The position numbers and the translations under genes were made by a program. Under the pieces are notes generated by a model, which was not told the DNA's origin, ran no database searches, and was given only the letters and a program-made list of their open reading frames with translations. Positions 62,735 through 64,000 of a stretch of 64,000 bases of DNA are shown here, one piece after another. Origin of the DNA: Chloropicon primus (taxonomy: Eukaryota); contig CP060758.1 of assembly GCA_023205875.1 (NCBI GenBank), forward strand, positions 930,001 to 994,000, written 5' to 3'. Within the stretch, counting starts at the first letter, position 1. Each line of letters begins with the position of its first letter.

Positions 62735-63542
62735 ATGGACTGGAGCAGGCAGAAGAAGAAGACGAAGCCGAGGGTGCCCCAGCCGAGGCCGAGCGCCAAG
62801 GCTGTGGTTCCCAAAGCCCGTCCCTTGGGTCGAAGCAGGAGCAACTCCTTTGTGCTGTCCAGAGTATTCGATGAGACGATAGAGAGCGAGTCCAAGAGGA
62901 AAGACACGCCCACAAACTTCTTGGCCCGGGATGGTGAAGAAATCATTGAGCTCCAAGACGTGGAGTACGACTTTGGGTCCGAATGGTAAGTTCTCAACGA
63001 GCGTTCTGATTTCTCGAGGAATTCAGACTGACAACCAAGTCTCGAATTGTGCACACCGCAGGTTGGTCAAGTCCCCTCCCGAGAAGAAGCCTGTCCCTCG
63101 CATTGAGGAGAGGGAGATCCCCACGCCGGCCCCGGACGAAGTCGCGAGGCATAAGCTGCCTCCCCTTCCCAGGAAGAACCAGGAGCCGCGGGGCGAGGCT
63201 GCGGGGAAGCCGCCGAGATCGAAGGCTGCCGTTGCCAGGCGGGTGTCCTCGCTCCCCAAGCCAATCCAGCAGATTCCAAAGGGCTCCCCCGAGAATCACG
63301 GCAGCAAGCAGAGGAACGCGGAGACGCAGACCGAGCAGAGCGCGGAGGACGCCCCAGGCAAAGTGAAGGCGAACTCCACCAACAAGGAGTTCTTTGGGGA
63401 CTTTGATATTCTCAAGGAGATCAGGCTCTGCGGCGACCTGCTGCAGGAGATGGTGGAGAGCGCCTGTGATCTGAGCGAGTTGTACCAAAAGGAGCGGAGG
63501 AGGACCTCGAGGAAACAAAAGGCTTGTTGTACTATAATGTAG
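62735..63542 (+). CDS. Hypothetical low-complexity protein with C-terminal CaaX (exons 62735-62985, 63062-63542; ~243 aa)
   Basis: Intron GTAAGT...actgac...cgcAG joins the two ORFs in frame (GSEW-LVKSPP). Ends RRRTSRKQKACCTIM. Confidence 0.65.
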
Positions 63543-63640
63543 AAAAAAGGTCGCTGCAACATTTTGTGCAGCCCCCGGGAATAATATTCTTACAAGCGGA
63601 GAAGCACTTCCTGCCCCCCCGCCTTTTACTCTTTGCCGGT

Positions 63641-64000
63641 TCAACCTTCAAAGTCGCCCCACTGGTCATCCTCAAACCCCTCGCCACCGGCGTTGCTGGC
63701 TTTGGCCACCTCTGGCGCCGCAGGTGCTGCTTCGAAGCTGTCGAAGTCAGCCACCCAGTCCCCCTGAGCTGCCGCCGCTGGTGCGGGCGGTTTCTTCTGG
63801 GCCGCGGCAACTGGCGGTGGCGGAGCAAGCAATCCTCCGCCTGTGATCACCGGCTTCGCCCTGCCGTCTCCCACACTCAAGCGACTCTTGAGCTTGGAGG
63901 GGGACGCCCCCGGGGACTTCTTTATCTGAATCGTTATTTTCTCTCCCTCCTTCAAGCTGTAGTCCTTCTGGGCCTCAGTTGATTGCGCGAACTTCTCCTT
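63641..64000 (-). CDS. NECAP: Adaptin ear-binding coat-associated protein, 3' part
   Basis: KDYSLKEGEKITIQI, LLAPPP, acidic WxxF motifs DWVADF and DDQWGDF at the C-terminus; ORF open to the right edge. Confidence 0.8.
   Translation of the reverse strand, partial: KEKFAQSTEAQKDYSLKEGEKITIQIKKSPGASPSKLKSRLSVGDGRAKPVITGGGLLAPPPPVAAAQKKPPAPAAAAQGDWVADFDSFEAAPAAPEVAKASNAGGEGFEDDQWGDFEG

Overview
Compact, intron-poor eukaryotic DNA. GT-AG introns of 60-140 nt, TGTAA poly(A) signals and plant/green-algal-type genes suggest a small chlorophyte; this is inference only. Positions 1-41663 hold a single uninterrupted minus-strand ORF of at least 13,887 codons that runs off the left edge, which is why the supplied ORF track omits it. 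It encodes a giant AT-less (trans-AT-type) modular PKS/NRPS hybrid: A(CoA-ligase type)-ACP-ACP | KS-DH-KR-ACP | C-A(near-identical copy of the loading A)-ACP-ACP | KS-DH-ER-KR-ACP x2 | KS-DH0-KR-ACP | KS-DH-ER-KR-ACP x3 | KS-DH-ER-KR... The modules are a patchwork of near-identical DNA blocks: a 4836-bp tandem array plus dispersed in-frame copies, with signs of gene conversion that spares the KS substrate-binding segment. The remaining 22 kb holds a Pro-rich CARDB/Ig-like membrane protein, a CPL-like HAD phosphatase with a closely preceding small ORF, a UBL-PI4K type II, glycerol kinase, COG6, an MDR oxidoreductase, a degenerate kinesin fused to a CCDC78-like coiled coil, a SAL1-like PAP phosphatase, a CaaX protein and the 3' end of NECAP. 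Domain boundaries are approximate and were read by eye.
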